Source: a virus
Strand: one strand, 5' to 3'
Length of the DNA stretch: 64,000 nucleotides
Virus record (IMG/VR): IMGVR_UViG_3300043438_001221
Shown: positions 38,621 to 48,070 of the stretch, piece by piece
Position numbering within the stretch: position 1 is the stretch's first letter
How the letters are laid out: every line of letters begins with the position of its first letter
Made by a program: the position numbers and the translations under genes
The notes under the pieces: generated by a model
What the model was told of the DNA's origin: nothing
Database searches by the model: none
The model's input: only the letters and a program-made list of their open reading frames with translations

Positions 38621-38921
38621 TTTTCAAAATTTCATTTAAATCTTTTCTTTCGGTTTTACAAATAGCGAAAACACGATCAAGCATTCTATTAGCACCGCGT
38701 AGCAATTTAGGCGTTCTAAAATCTTCAATTATGTTAGATAATTTAGACATTCGGACATAATCACCGTCTTTTGTTTGGCGATTTAAAACATTTAGAAAAT
38801 CTTCAATAGATGTCAACTTACCCCAATCCAACGAATAAGGAATTTGTGTAAAATGAGATTGATGGTTTATCCAGTGTTCGACCCTACTTTTTTCAATAAC
38901 GAATATTGGTTGTTTTTTCAT
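38613..38921 (-). CDS. Hypothetical protein inserted within gp46
   Basis: ATGA overlap with N-half stop; ATGATTAA overlap with C-half start. Confidence 0.65.
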   Translation of the reverse strand: MKKQPIFVIEKSRVEHWINHQSHFTQIPYSLDWGKLTSIEDFLNVLNRQTKDGDYVRMSKLSNIIEDFRTPKLLRGANRMLDRVFAICKTERKDLNEILKND

Positions 38922-39835
38922 ATAACTTTCTCAATTTGTTCGATTTCTTTCGCCTTCAACTTTTTCAAAGTTTCCTTGGATGAAATCGCATCATTGATAT
39001 GACCAATTTTACCATCCAGCTTTCGGCAAGCATCGTCCCACTTCTCTTTCTCCAATTGTATCGCTAAAACATCCGTTATGGATGTTTTAGCGATCTTTTC
39101 CTCTGTTTCATCAATCTTTTCTTGAATATCCTTGCGCTTTTGTTCAAGAATAGCATCCCTCTCTTGGACTTTCTTCAGATAATCCGCTTGCTGATCATTC
39201 AGCGTTTCCAGAGTGTGATTAAGTTCTTCCAATCTTGCAGTGGAAATGTTCATCTCTCCCTTATTATCACGAATAAGAGTCTTCAATTCGCTGCTCATCT
39301 TACCAAAGACTTCCAGAGAGAAAATATCGTTGATGAATTTACGCTTCTCCTCTGGTTTCTTCGCCATGAAGGGGATGTTATCCGAAAGAGATAGAATGTC
39401 ACAGCTACGGCAGATGACGGGATTGGAACCAATCAGATCACAGATGAATTTATCAGTGTTGGCGATGGAATCCTTAGTGATGTCTTCTTCGCCTCTCAGA
39501 AGAGTCACAGTGCTTGGTTTGACTTGCCGTTTGATCGTGTAAGTCTGAACGTCTTGCTCCGTCTCCACATCAAACGTCAGTTCAATGGCACCCTTTCCCT
39601 TGGTGATGTTGTTGATGATGAAATCCTTTTTGATTTCACGGATGGTTTTACCAAATAATGCGTAATAGAAAAGTTCCGCCATTACGGATTTTCCAATTCC
39701 GTTCACACGATCAGGATTATCAATATTCTTACCAGTGATCAAATTGAAACCGGATTGGAAATCTACGGAAATCTGATCATTTCCAACACTGAGGAAATTC
39801 TGACCTTTAAGAGTGAGATATTTTATACGTCTCAC
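38918..39835 (-). CDS. gp46: gp46/SbcC/Rad50 ATPase, N-terminal half
   Basis: QNFLSVGN, GKN...NGIGKS, YALFGK, PFM..RKFI, then coiled coil. Confidence 0.9.
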   Translation of the reverse strand: MRRIKYLTLKGQNFLSVGNDQISVDFQSGFNLITGKNIDNPDRVNGIGKSVMAELFYYALFGKTIREIKKDFIINNITKGKGAIELTFDVETEQDVQTYTIKRQVKPSTVTLLRGEEDITKDSIANTDKFICDLIGSNPVICRSCDILSLSDNIPFMAKKPEEKRKFINDIFSLEVFGKMSSELKTLIRDNKGEMNISTARLEELNHTLETLNDQQADYLKKVQERDAILEQKRKDIQEKIDETEEKIAKTSITDVLAIQLEKEKWDDACRKLDGKIGHINDAISSKETLKKLKAKEIEQIEKVI

Positions 39836-40281
39836 AGATTTTCGTAAGGTTTTAAAGATTTAATTTCCACCACTTCCTTCATACGATTGAGAGAATCAAC
39901 TTTCATTCGATGAAGATTACAATTCCAAGCAGAGTCTTGACCAGCAGTATAAAGAACATTGCGAACAGACCATTCCAAATCCTGTCCAAGATGAAGGGAA
40001 TAATCCCTATCACATTTTTCCTTAGTTGGTTCTTCGGAATAAAGAGCTACCGTTTCCCCTGTTTGAGAATTGGTGAGAACGTAAATCCATCGATTCTCAT
40101 CTTCTTTCGCTTGTCTCCAAGACTTTTCATCCCACCCTCGCATCAAAGCATTGGCGAACCAACTCATCATTGTTTCCACATCATGGGGAATCGTCGGATT
40201 CTTGTCAACGGTTTCACAAAAGTCCCTAGCCCAATCCCAAGCATCAAATGAATGGGGTAATTTAGATTTATTTTCTTTCAT
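39832..40281 (-). CDS. Hypothetical protein
   Basis: ORF track. Confidence 0.6.
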   Translation of the reverse strand: MKENKSKLPHSFDAWDWARDFCETVDKNPTIPHDVETMMSWFANALMRGWDEKSWRQAKEDENRWIYVLTNSQTGETVALYSEEPTKEKCDRDYSLHLGQDLEWSVRNVLYTAGQDSAWNCNLHRMKVDSLNRMKEVVEIKSLKPYENL

Positions 40282-40282
40282 A

Positions 40283-40546
40283 TTATTTTATCAATTCGTC
40301 ATGTGGCCAATATCTTACACTTGTTCCCGTGAAATTACAAGGGGGAATCCTGAATAAAAATTTCAGAATCTTCGCTCTCCATCCGCTTGCCGTGATACAG
40401 ACTTGTAGAGGATGGTGTCCCAACATATAACCAAAGTGTTCAGGATCAATCGTTCTTGATTCAAGATGAGACTTACGATGTTTGTGGAATTCCTTTACCC
40501 GTTCGGATTCAATCATCTCTCGTTGATGTTCTTCAATTGTTTTCAT
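40283..40546 (-). CDS. Hypothetical protein
   Basis: Start MKTIEE, coupled to upstream stop. Confidence 0.55.
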   Translation of the reverse strand: MKTIEEHQREMIESERVKEFHKHRKSHLESRTIDPEHFGYMLGHHPLQVCITASGWRAKILKFLFRIPPCNFTGTSVRYWPHDELIK

Positions 40547-40791
40547 ACCGTTCCAAGTCCCTGTCCACAAATAGCACATCCTCTAAAATCATACAACCAC
40601 CCATATGCGTCTTCAACAATAGAATGTCCACATTTACCATTTTTATGATTTTCCAATTCTTTTTCAATATCTTCTATCGTAGCATCTCTGATCTTACTTG
40701 CCAAAACACATTGACCAATACGCTCAGTCACCTCTTCGACAAAAACCTTTTTCAAATCAAAATCACTTACACTTCTCATATAATTCATCAT
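40543..40791 (-). CDS. Small Cys/His-containing protein
   Basis: CGH...CAIC. Confidence 0.55.
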   Translation of the reverse strand: MMNYMRSVSDFDLKKVFVEEVTERIGQCVLASKIRDATIEDIEKELENHKNGKCGHSIVEDAYGWLYDFRGCAICGQGLGTV

Positions 40792-41782
40792 TGATTTTCT
40801 TCACTCTTACCAATTGCTCATCATCCAGCTTGAGTTGTTCGTAGAACTCATCAAACATTCCAACAATATCAATCGAATCGACTTGTTCAACATCTCCGAT
40901 TGTCTTTGTCGCCACGTTGTATTCCGTGGCGAGACGGAAAGGAGCAAAGTTGGACAGGTAAATCTTGAACTTCTCCACCTTATCATCTTCCACATCTTTG
41001 TCAATGATCAGCTTGATGATGTTTCCTTCCACATCCTCCTTGGAATAATCCTTGATCTTGGATAAGGGTATCTTGATGAATTCTGGAGACACCGTATTTT
41101 TCACAAATTCCACAGAATCGTCTTCCAGATTCAGGATGTGATACCCCTTGTCATCTCCACAATCATTGAAATCGTGATGAAAGGTATTACCGATGTATCG
41201 GATCGTTCCTTCGTTGTATTTCTTGATACTCTTGGTGTGAAAATGACCAGACCAAACATTGGTGGTTCGGGACGCTAGGAAATCCATGACTTGGAATCCA
41301 TGATCACAGACCTTGTAATTGTTCATCTGAAATGTCTGGATTTCAAAATGACCGAAGATGTGGTCAAATTTACCATTCGGTAATTCGTGATTCCATGGAA
41401 CGAATAATAATTTCTTACCAAACGCATCCAATTCTAAATTCTGATCAATGATGGTGATGTTATCATGTCCCTTGAGAAATCCCAAACTATGGACATCAGA
41501 ACGGTTCTTGTAGAACGCATCGTGATTACCTATCAGCATCAGGAGGTTGAAGTCCTTGAACTTGGCGATCAATTCTGATGCAACGTGGATTGTCTGAACG
41601 GAGATTTCCGAACGGTTATGGAAGAAATCACCAAGGAAAAAGATATCGGAAATCTTCTTCTTTTTCAGATCAGCGACAATCCAATCCGCCCATTTCAAGG
41701 CGATTTCATGCCACTCTGTTGAATTTCCGTAAAGACCCAAGTGAAGGTCTGAGAATAAGGCCACTTTTGGTTTTTTAATCAT
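40763..41782 (-). CDS. gp47: Recombination nuclease gp47/SbcD/Mre11
   Basis: SDLHLG, GDFFH, GNHD, GHFE, SGHFH; 339 aa from MIKKP. Confidence 0.95.
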   Translation of the reverse strand: MIKKPKVALFSDLHLGLYGNSTEWHEIALKWADWIVADLKKKKISDIFFLGDFFHNRSEISVQTIHVASELIAKFKDFNLLMLIGNHDAFYKNRSDVHSLGFLKGHDNITIIDQNLELDAFGKKLLFVPWNHELPNGKFDHIFGHFEIQTFQMNNYKVCDHGFQVMDFLASRTTNVWSGHFHTKSIKKYNEGTIRYIGNTFHHDFNDCGDDKGYHILNLEDDSVEFVKNTVSPEFIKIPLSKIKDYSKEDVEGNIIKLIIDKDVEDDKVEKFKIYLSNFAPFRLATEYNVATKTIGDVEQVDSIDIVGMFDEFYEQLKLDDEQLVRVKKINDELYEKCK

Positions 41783-42224
41783 CGTCGTATTCATCTCCCT
41801 CCAAATTGGGCTTAACATATACATGTCCCATGGAATCTGGTCCACTCATGCTTTCCATATATACCATCTCCTTGTAATCCTCCAGACCCTTGTGTTGTCC
41901 GTTTTCCTTCTTGATGCGGTTGCAGAAAGCGTTCCAAGCAATGCGGTTGAAATATGAGAACGGGTTGAAGTCCGATTCAATGTTATATAGCTTCTTCTCC
42001 AAAGCTGCATACATTTTCAGAACTGCGTCCCCGACCATCTCATCTTTCCAAGAGCGGGAATATCGAATGAAATTAATCTTGTATGACAATCCCTCTGCAA
42101 TGTTCATTAGATGAACCCCCAATTCGTTCAGATTCGCCCCCGTCTCATAGTATTCCACCAATTGCTGTTTGAACAGCTTGGAATTGACATAATGGGGTTT
42201 CTTGGCATTTTTTTCGTTAATCAT
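41775..42224 (-). CDS. gp55: Late transcription sigma factor (gp55-like)
   Basis: HYVN, IAEGLSYKINF..Y, DEMVGDA, NPFSYF..IAWNAF..RIKKE. Confidence 0.92.
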   Translation of the reverse strand: MINEKNAKKPHYVNSKLFKQQLVEYYETGANLNELGVHLMNIAEGLSYKINFIRYSRSWKDEMVGDAVLKMYAALEKKLYNIESDFNPFSYFNRIAWNAFCNRIKKENGQHKGLEDYKEMVYMESMSGPDSMGHVYVKPNLEGDEYDDD

Positions 42225-42229
42225 AATTT

Positions 42230-42484
42230 TCATGGATAATTTGTATATTCCCACCATTCTTCCTTTGGGTATTCTTTTTTAGGTGCTTCTACAATTTTTC
42301 CAGTATAAGATTTATCATAAATTATATCGACATGTTTTTGATCAAATGATACATGTCGTCCGTAAATTTTTCCACTATAAAAAGGATTTAAAGACCAAAA
42401 TCCATCATCCTCATTAATGATTTCAAATTCCGTTCCCGCCAAATAATAATCGGTATCCTTTTTTAGTCTCCCGTATTTACTCAC
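42230..42484 (-). CDS. Hypothetical protein
   Basis: ORF track. Confidence 0.55.
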   Translation of the reverse strand: MSKYGRLKKDTDYYLAGTEFEIINEDDGFWSLNPFYSGKIYGRHVSFDQKHVDIIYDKSYTGKIVEAPKKEYPKEEWWEYTNYP

Positions 42485-43899
42485 AGCGACACCTCCTTAA
42501 ATTTATATACGATCTGTTCCTTATCATAAATCTCCTGTCTGTGTAACGCATGGGACATGGAATACTTCAAATTATCCGAAACATCAATGATGCGTAGCTT
42601 GGATTTGTTATCATGCAACCGGAGTCCCCGACCAATGGATTGTACAACCCGAATGAATGACTTCCCAAGTCCCGCAAATATGATATTGGGGAGATTCTTG
42701 ATATTGATACCAGTTGAAAAGATGGATGCCATTGCAATACAAATGATATTATCATTCTTTTCCATCATGTCAATTATTTTTTTGCGTTCTTCGACTTCCA
42801 TTTCGCCCTTAACAAAGAACACTCTCTTATCAGATCGGGAAGACATAAGAGATAATAACATATCTCCGTGATCAAGATGATTAACCATGACAAGGACATT
42901 ACCACTGATTGAATCAGCCAATTTAGCGATGATTTGATTTCTTTTTTCGTGTTTGTATAGATATTCCAGTTCATCTTTATATTTTAATTTTTTACCTTTA
43001 ATTGGGGGGTGATTGAGTTGCAGGGCGGTGATTTCCACATCAGAAATATATCCCTCATCCCTAAGTTCCTTGGATTTCTTTTCATATATGACGGAGCCAA
43101 ATGTTCCGATTGTTTTCCATTGGTCAATGGATTTATCGGAAAGCGTCCCCGTGAATCCGAATTTGTTGGGGGTGTGGATTTTGTTTATAATCTTGGATAT
43201 GCCAGCGGTATTATTAATTTTATGCGCTTCATCACATATGAGAAGATTCACGCTCAAAATCCAAGGATTATTGGTGAATTGAGCAAGAAGGTTCTCGGAA
43301 TTGCATATCACAACTTGGGTATCTTGTGGTTCGTTACCTCCAGTCCATCCTGAATACGTGAATGTCACACCATAATCCTCGAAATCACCCTGTAATTGGT
43401 TCACAAGAGACAATCCGGGAACTACTATGAGACATTTGAAAGTATCATTTGATACGTTTCTCATATAATTTTCAACGAGTAGAGCTTGAGCTAACGATTT
43501 CCCGGCAGATGTCGCCAATAGAAATGTCCCGAATCCTTTTTTTAGTCCAGCAATTACCGAATCCTTCTGATAATAACGAGCATCATATTTCAGTTCATTC
43601 CAAAATTCTCCAATTTCCACCCCACATTTCAATCTCTTTTTAAAAGCATCTGTTAGGGAAATGTCGGTGATCTGGTTATCGCGGAGATATTTCAGAATCT
43701 CCCCATGAAAACCAAAATCAAACAATCCGGTGGGGGTAATGGCATACTTACGATCCTTCACGAAACGGTTGCCTTTCTTTTTGGCGAAGAATGCCCCATC
43801 GTTCTTGACTGAAAAATGACTACGAATCATCCCAAGGGTGTCAGAATCAGTGATGATCTGTCCTTGTCGCTTGGATGATTTGTAGTCAAAAGTTATCAT
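42481..43899 (-). CDS. uvsW: SF2 DNA helicase UvsW
   Basis: RYYQ, ATSAGKS, DEAH, GFTGT, FSTGINI, QSIGRGLR. Confidence 0.95.
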   Translation of the reverse strand: MITFDYKSSKRQGQIITDSDTLGMIRSHFSVKNDGAFFAKKKGNRFVKDRKYAITPTGLFDFGFHGEILKYLRDNQITDISLTDAFKKRLKCGVEIGEFWNELKYDARYYQKDSVIAGLKKGFGTFLLATSAGKSLAQALLVENYMRNVSNDTFKCLIVVPGLSLVNQLQGDFEDYGVTFTYSGWTGGNEPQDTQVVICNSENLLAQFTNNPWILSVNLLICDEAHKINNTAGISKIINKIHTPNKFGFTGTLSDKSIDQWKTIGTFGSVIYEKKSKELRDEGYISDVEITALQLNHPPIKGKKLKYKDELEYLYKHEKRNQIIAKLADSISGNVLVMVNHLDHGDMLLSLMSSRSDKRVFFVKGEMEVEERKKIIDMMEKNDNIICIAMASIFSTGINIKNLPNIIFAGLGKSFIRVVQSIGRGLRLHDNKSKLRIIDVSDNLKYSMSHALHRQEIYDKEQIVYKFKEVSL

Positions 43900-44111
43900 T
43901 TATTTTCCAATGTTTCCCACCGAAATTCCAACATATCGGCCAAATATCTTAATGAATCCGCCAATTTGATATGATCATTATCATCATGATTCATTCTAAT
44001 ATGTGCGACGAATTGTTGTCCCTTGGAATTTTGTGTTGTTGGATTATCAGTTTCTATCCAAATTCTATACAACCCAATATCCACTTCGTATGAATTAATA
44101 TTAAATATCAT
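43896..44111 (-). CDS. Hypothetical protein
   Basis: ORF track. Confidence 0.55.
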   Translation of the reverse strand: MIFNINSYEVDIGLYRIWIETDNPTTQNSKGQQFVAHIRMNHDDNDHIKLADSLRYLADMLEFRWETLENK

Positions 44112-44114
44112 AAT

Positions 44115-44513
44115 CTAGGATTCTTGCATTTGTTTCAATAATAAAATATTTTTTATATCTTGGGATATAAAAGTAATCACGCTTACTACCCTATCGAGGT
44201 ATTCAACCATATACTCGATTTCCTTGATCTTCTGGTTGATGTTCTCCAGCGATGGAGTCTTGTCCAGATCGTCCATCACTTGCTTGTTGAGAGCCACAGG
44301 AGACTCTTCCATCAGCTTCTTCTGTAGGGTGTGTTTGGTAGCTGCCTTGAGCTTGTAGAGCTTGTCCTTCTCGATCTTCGCATCAATCAGACGGCATACC
44401 CAGAAATGCTTCTCTGCGGGAACACGCTTAATCACGGATTCGAGTGAAAAGTCGTCAATGTGAACGAACTCTTCAAATTGTGCTTGGTATTTTTTAATTA
44501 ATTCTAAACTCAT
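44115..44513 (-). CDS. uvsY: Recombination mediator UvsY-like
   Basis: 132 aa helical from MSLEL; IDDFSLE..P..KH, YL..V...DIKNI pattern; near uvsW. Confidence 0.65.
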   Translation of the reverse strand: MSLELIKKYQAQFEEFVHIDDFSLESVIKRVPAEKHFWVCRLIDAKIEKDKLYKLKAATKHTLQKKLMEESPVALNKQVMDDLDKTPSLENINQKIKEIEYMVEYLDRVVSVITFISQDIKNILLLKQMQES

Positions 44514-44517
44514 AATT

Positions 44518-44868
44518 TTACATGAAAGCTCCCCACTTGATTTGGCTTGCGGCATCTTCCACAAATTTTTTAATAACATCTCCATGACATTTATTAGGAG
44601 CGCAATAACAGACAAGATTTGTATCCTTATCATCCAATTCCCTATCAACCAATTCTTTAATAACTTTGTTAATCGCAGCATCGTTGAAATAAGAATACTC
44701 CAAATATTTATTATATCCTTCAATCGCTTCTTCCACTGTGTCCACCTTATACAGAGCTTGGGGATGATTGGATTCCTTGTGGTGATAAGGATTGCCCATG
44801 ACGCTACCGCGCCCAATGTAGAAATCATCGGGAGTTGGTTTATGTGTCTTTTTGTCCACCACTCGTAT
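44518..44868 (-). CDS. DUF4326-like protein
   Basis: YIGRGSVMGNPY...LVCYCAP..CHGDVI. Confidence 0.8.
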   Translation of the reverse strand: MRVVDKKTHKPTPDDFYIGRGSVMGNPYHHKESNHPQALYKVDTVEEAIEGYNKYLEYSYFNDAAINKVIKELVDRELDDKDTNLVCYCAPNKCHGDVIKKFVEDAASQIKWGAFM

Positions 44869-44886
44869 CATTTACTAAATAATAAC

Positions 44887-45132
44887 ATGAACCAACCTTT
44901 TGTCAATGATAAGTTTGAAATTGCCAACATTTATCAACAGATGTTGAACGAAGACATGACAAGCGGAGGTGCGTTTGGGGGTGATATTGCTGGTCATGCG
45001 GGAATGGAGAACACGGATTGGTTTGCTCCGGGAGATGCCAGAAATCCTTATTCATTGGGAATCACTACGAGAAATGGTGCTTTGAAAAAGAAAAAGGGTA
45101 AAAAACGTGTGAAGAAAAAAGCTAGAGTTTGA
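44887..45132 (+). CDS. Late protein with basic tail, candidate internal head protein
   Basis: TAAATA 44876-81, 5 nt to ATG; ...MLNE; DWFAPGDAR; Lys-rich end. Confidence 0.6.
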   Translation: MNQPFVNDKFEIANIYQQMLNEDMTSGGAFGGDIAGHAGMENTDWFAPGDARNPYSLGITTRNGALKKKKGKKRVKKKARV

Positions 45133-45138
45133 AAATAA

Positions 45139-46068
45139 TCAAGATTCTTTAATTCTTTTTCTAGCAATTTCACAATATTCAGGATTTAAATCAAATCCAA
45201 TATAATTCATACCAAGTCTTTTCGCCACTATACCTGTGGTTCCCGATCCCATGAAAAAATCAAGGACAACGCCCTTTTCTGGACATCCACTTTTCAACAT
45301 TCTCTCCACCAATTCTTCGGGAAACGTTGCGGTGTGAACCGATTTATTGGGTTTGGTGTTGATTTTCCACACTGCTCTCATGGATCGTCCTCCTCTTTTC
45401 TTCATGGATTCTAAAATCCTTCGTTTGGTGTCACTTGGATTTTGAGCATTTGATGATTCATAATCTTTGGTTGCTTCTCCCGTGTAAATCTCATCGGGAT
45501 TGGAAGCGTTTGCAAATGGTTCAATTTGTTGATTGAAGAAATATTTTTTATTTTTCGTAAACATGAAGATCGTTTCAAAATCAACTGTAAATCGATCTGT
45601 GACACTTTGGGGGAGCGCATTCCCTTTATGCCAAACGATATTATTTCTCAATAACCATCCTCTGTTCTGCATCTCAATGGCAAAACGAAATGGTATCAAA
45701 GCCAATTGTTTTTGTTTTCTCCAACCTCCTAATTTTTCCTTTGGTTTTTCTGCGAACTTAAATGATTCCTTTTTGGTGTTTTCCTTTCCTTTCCACACAC
45801 CTTTACCACTTCCAAGGTAAGTGTCTCCAAGATTTACGAACACGACACCATCATCTTTCAAAACACGATAGACTTCATCATAGTAATCACATAATTGATT
45901 TACAAATTCTTCTGGTGTCTCCGCACATCCAAATTCTTTAGGGTCATCTTCTGTGTATTTTCTCGTGTTTAGGTAGGGTGGAGACGAAACACAACAATTG
46001 ATAGATTTTGACGGAAGATTCTTCAATCCTTTCAAAGAATCAACATTTTCGATATAATTTACGTTCAT
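45139..46068 (-). CDS. DNA methyltransferase, beta class (N4-C/N6-A)
   Basis: SSPPY before DFFMGSGTTG; HTATFP. Confidence 0.92.
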   Translation of the reverse strand: MNVNYIENVDSLKGLKNLPSKSINCCVSSPPYLNTRKYTEDDPKEFGCAETPEEFVNQLCDYYDEVYRVLKDDGVVFVNLGDTYLGSGKGVWKGKENTKKESFKFAEKPKEKLGGWRKQKQLALIPFRFAIEMQNRGWLLRNNIVWHKGNALPQSVTDRFTVDFETIFMFTKNKKYFFNQQIEPFANASNPDEIYTGEATKDYESSNAQNPSDTKRRILESMKKRGGRSMRAVWKINTKPNKSVHTATFPEELVERMLKSGCPEKGVVLDFFMGSGTTGIVAKRLGMNYIGFDLNPEYCEIARKRIKES

Positions 46069-46074
46069 GAAATG

Positions 46075-46102
46075 ACATTATCACGCCAAAAATGGAAATC
46101 AA
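46075..46102 (-). promoter_or_regulatory. Sigma70-like promoter for the methyltransferase, leaderless
   Basis: TTGATT-N16-TAATGT, 6 nt before ATG. Confidence 0.55.
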
Positions 46103-46137
46103 GTAGATAAATTATCTGATAAAATTGTACATCTATT

Positions 46138-46278
46138 CCCGCCCACCACCCCTAATTATATTCACCATATTCGTTTGTCAATAGTCTAATATGAATTATT
46201 TTTAAAGTTATGATTTATGTACATAAGACCATGCCCACCCTCCTCCCTATACCTTAACATGACTATTTTGATTGTCAA
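46138..46278 (-). promoter_or_regulatory. Two tandem sigma70-like promoters each followed by a G-rich tract
   Basis: TTGACA (46273-78)-N16-TAAGGT then GGGAGGAGGGTGGGC; TTGACA (46176-81)-N15-TATAAT then GGGGTGGTGGGCGGG. Confidence 0.6.
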
Positions 46279-46460
46279 TAGCGTAATAATTAATTATCTT
46301 ATTATTAGTTTTTGATTAGATATTAACTATGATTAAAGATAACTAAAGAAAGAAAACAAAGAAAAAAAATTAATTCTAATAAATACAATCAATCAGCTTA
46401 CTAAAGCGTACCAACGCTTATCATTAGATATTGATTCAGATTAATTATAATTAAATATAA

Positions 46461-46925
46461 ATGGAAAAAAATTCAGAAATCCCCCAAACCACATGGAAAA
46501 ATTTCCCAACCGATACGGAAGGTGTTATGGGATTTGTTTATCTCATTCGCAACAATCATCCAGATGCCACTCGGAAATACTACATTGGTAAGAAACAGCT
46601 TCTCAAGCGTGTGAAGCGCAAACCATTGAAAGGTAAGACACGCAATCGCATTTCATTTGTGGACAACGATGTGGAGAAGTATTGGGGATCGTCCAAGGAA
46701 TTGCTATCAGATATTGAGAAATACGGGATTGAGCATTTTTCAAGGGAAGTGATAGAGGTATGCCACTCAAAATTTCATATGACATACAGTGAGCTTCTTT
46801 GGCAGATCAAATGTAATGCTTTATTGGATCAAAGATTCTACAATGGCATTCTAAATTGTCGCATTGGGGTAATTCCGAAAGGATTTGTTGACATTGAGCG
46901 TGATCCTGATACACTTGGGTTATGA
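46461..46925 (+). CDS. GIY-YIG family endonuclease (EndoII/Seg-like)
   Basis: GFVYLI..YYIGKK, YWGSS, FSREVI, E..Q, FYN. Confidence 0.85.
   Translation: MEKNSEIPQTTWKNFPTDTEGVMGFVYLIRNNHPDATRKYYIGKKQLLKRVKRKPLKGKTRNRISFVDNDVEKYWGSSKELLSDIEKYGIEHFSREVIEVCHSKFHMTYSELLWQIKCNALLDQRFYNGILNCRIGVIPKGFVDIERDPDTLGL
46888..46915 (+). promoter_or_regulatory. Sigma70-like promoter, leaderless
   Basis: TTGACA-N16-TACACT, 6 nt before ATG 46922. Confidence 0.6.
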
Positions 46926-47146
46926 CTAATGAAATCAGACCATTAATACTTGATCCTGAAAATTATCCAGAAGATCGAATCTCAAATAAGAACAAATTGG
47001 ATGACATAAAATATTCATATCTTGATATGCTTGATGCGTGGATAGCTGGAAAGAAAAATGAACAACAATATAAATCTGGAGATGATAATGCTCCTGATTT
47101 TATCACATGTTTGAAGCAACACGTAAATGACAAGAATTCAATTTGA
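46922..47146 (+). CDS. Hypothetical protein
   Basis: ORF track. Confidence 0.55.
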   Translation: MTNEIRPLILDPENYPEDRISNKNKLDDIKYSYLDMLDAWIAGKKNEQQYKSGDDNAPDFITCLKQHVNDKNSI

Positions 47147-47627
47147 AAATAGAAAGATCATCGACATTGATGAGATATTTCGGGATACGAATGGAAATTT
47201 CGCAATCCTTTTGGAATCCCTTGGATTGACCACCACCTTTGATTTCTCCAAGCGCAATAACAAAAAGTTATACACACATGAGTTCATCAAGACCACGACA
47301 CAATTCCTGAAATACAACACCCACACGGATTTCATTTTCTTTTCCAATGCGCTCACCAAGGATAAGTTCCGCAACCAGCTTTTGGCTAAAATCCGGCGAA
47401 TCTTCAAGATAAGGATATGGGATGCCAATTATGATTTGGAACATTTGGAATACCTGATTGATATTCGGGATTGCTCCACAATCTCTGGATTGGAAATGGC
47501 ATTCCTCAATCACAAACCCCCATCATTCCGCAAGATTTACAAATATCTGGAAAAGGAAGGACTAACATTCCTAAATGAGAAATACTTTCAGGATGTGGTG
47601 AATAAGATGATCATATTTACTAAATAA
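47127..47627 (+). CDS. Hypothetical protein
   Basis: ORF track. Confidence 0.65.
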   Translation: MTRIQFENRKIIDIDEIFRDTNGNFAILLESLGLTTTFDFSKRNNKKLYTHEFIKTTTQFLKYNTHTDFIFFSNALTKDKFRNQLLAKIRRIFKIRIWDANYDLEHLEYLIDIRDCSTISGLEMAFLNHKPPSFRKIYKYLEKEGLTFLNEKYFQDVVNKMIIFTK

Positions 47628-47631
47628 TGTC

Positions 47632-48069
47632 ATGAGCAAATTTCTTGAGATTCTTGAACAACACGATCCTTCCAACCAATCCAAGATGGATGCAGCATTT
47701 CAGGCGAAATTCTTCCTATATGAACAGGAAGTCCCATTCAGTTCAAAGGGTTCCCAAATTATCCTTCATGCTGAACGGGGTGATATCATTTTAGAAGCTG
47801 TGGGTATGCAAGCCCGACAAGTGGCGGATGCTGAAGAGGACGAGTCTTCTTATGACATTGATTCCGAAGTTGAAAAGCTTGGTGCCAAAGCGATGAAAGG
47901 GATACCGGGGTGGTTGGGTAAGCACACCACTAGCGCACAAAAAGCGAAAGCAGCAGCACGAAAACGTGAAAAGGTTGCTGGAAAAGCAGTGGACGCTTAT
48001 ATGAAAAATACTAAAAGTTTGGAAGATTCCATTAAAAATGCTGAAACTAGAACATATAATGTCCATTAA
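47632..48069 (+). CDS. Late protein, candidate head core protein
   Basis: TAAATA 47621-26, 5 nt to ATG; MSKFLEILE. Confidence 0.6.
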   Translation: MSKFLEILEQHDPSNQSKMDAAFQAKFFLYEQEVPFSSKGSQIILHAERGDIILEAVGMQARQVADAEEDESSYDIDSEVEKLGAKAMKGIPGWLGKHTTSAQKAKAAARKREKVAGKAVDAYMKNTKSLEDSIKNAETRTYNVH

Positions 48070-48070
48070 C

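Noticed and set aside
38613-38921. Stop-codon recoding, intein or group I intron explaining the gp46 split
   Set aside because: In-frame TAA as well as TGA in the insert; all three stops end genes normally elsewhere; no intein or homing endonuclease motifs; the insert is wholly occupied by an ORF. Splicing is not formally excluded
44115-44828. 237-aa ORF as listed (and 44542..45132)
   Set aside because: 5' extensions overlap the DUF4326-like gene; better starts are 44513 (-) and 44887 (+)
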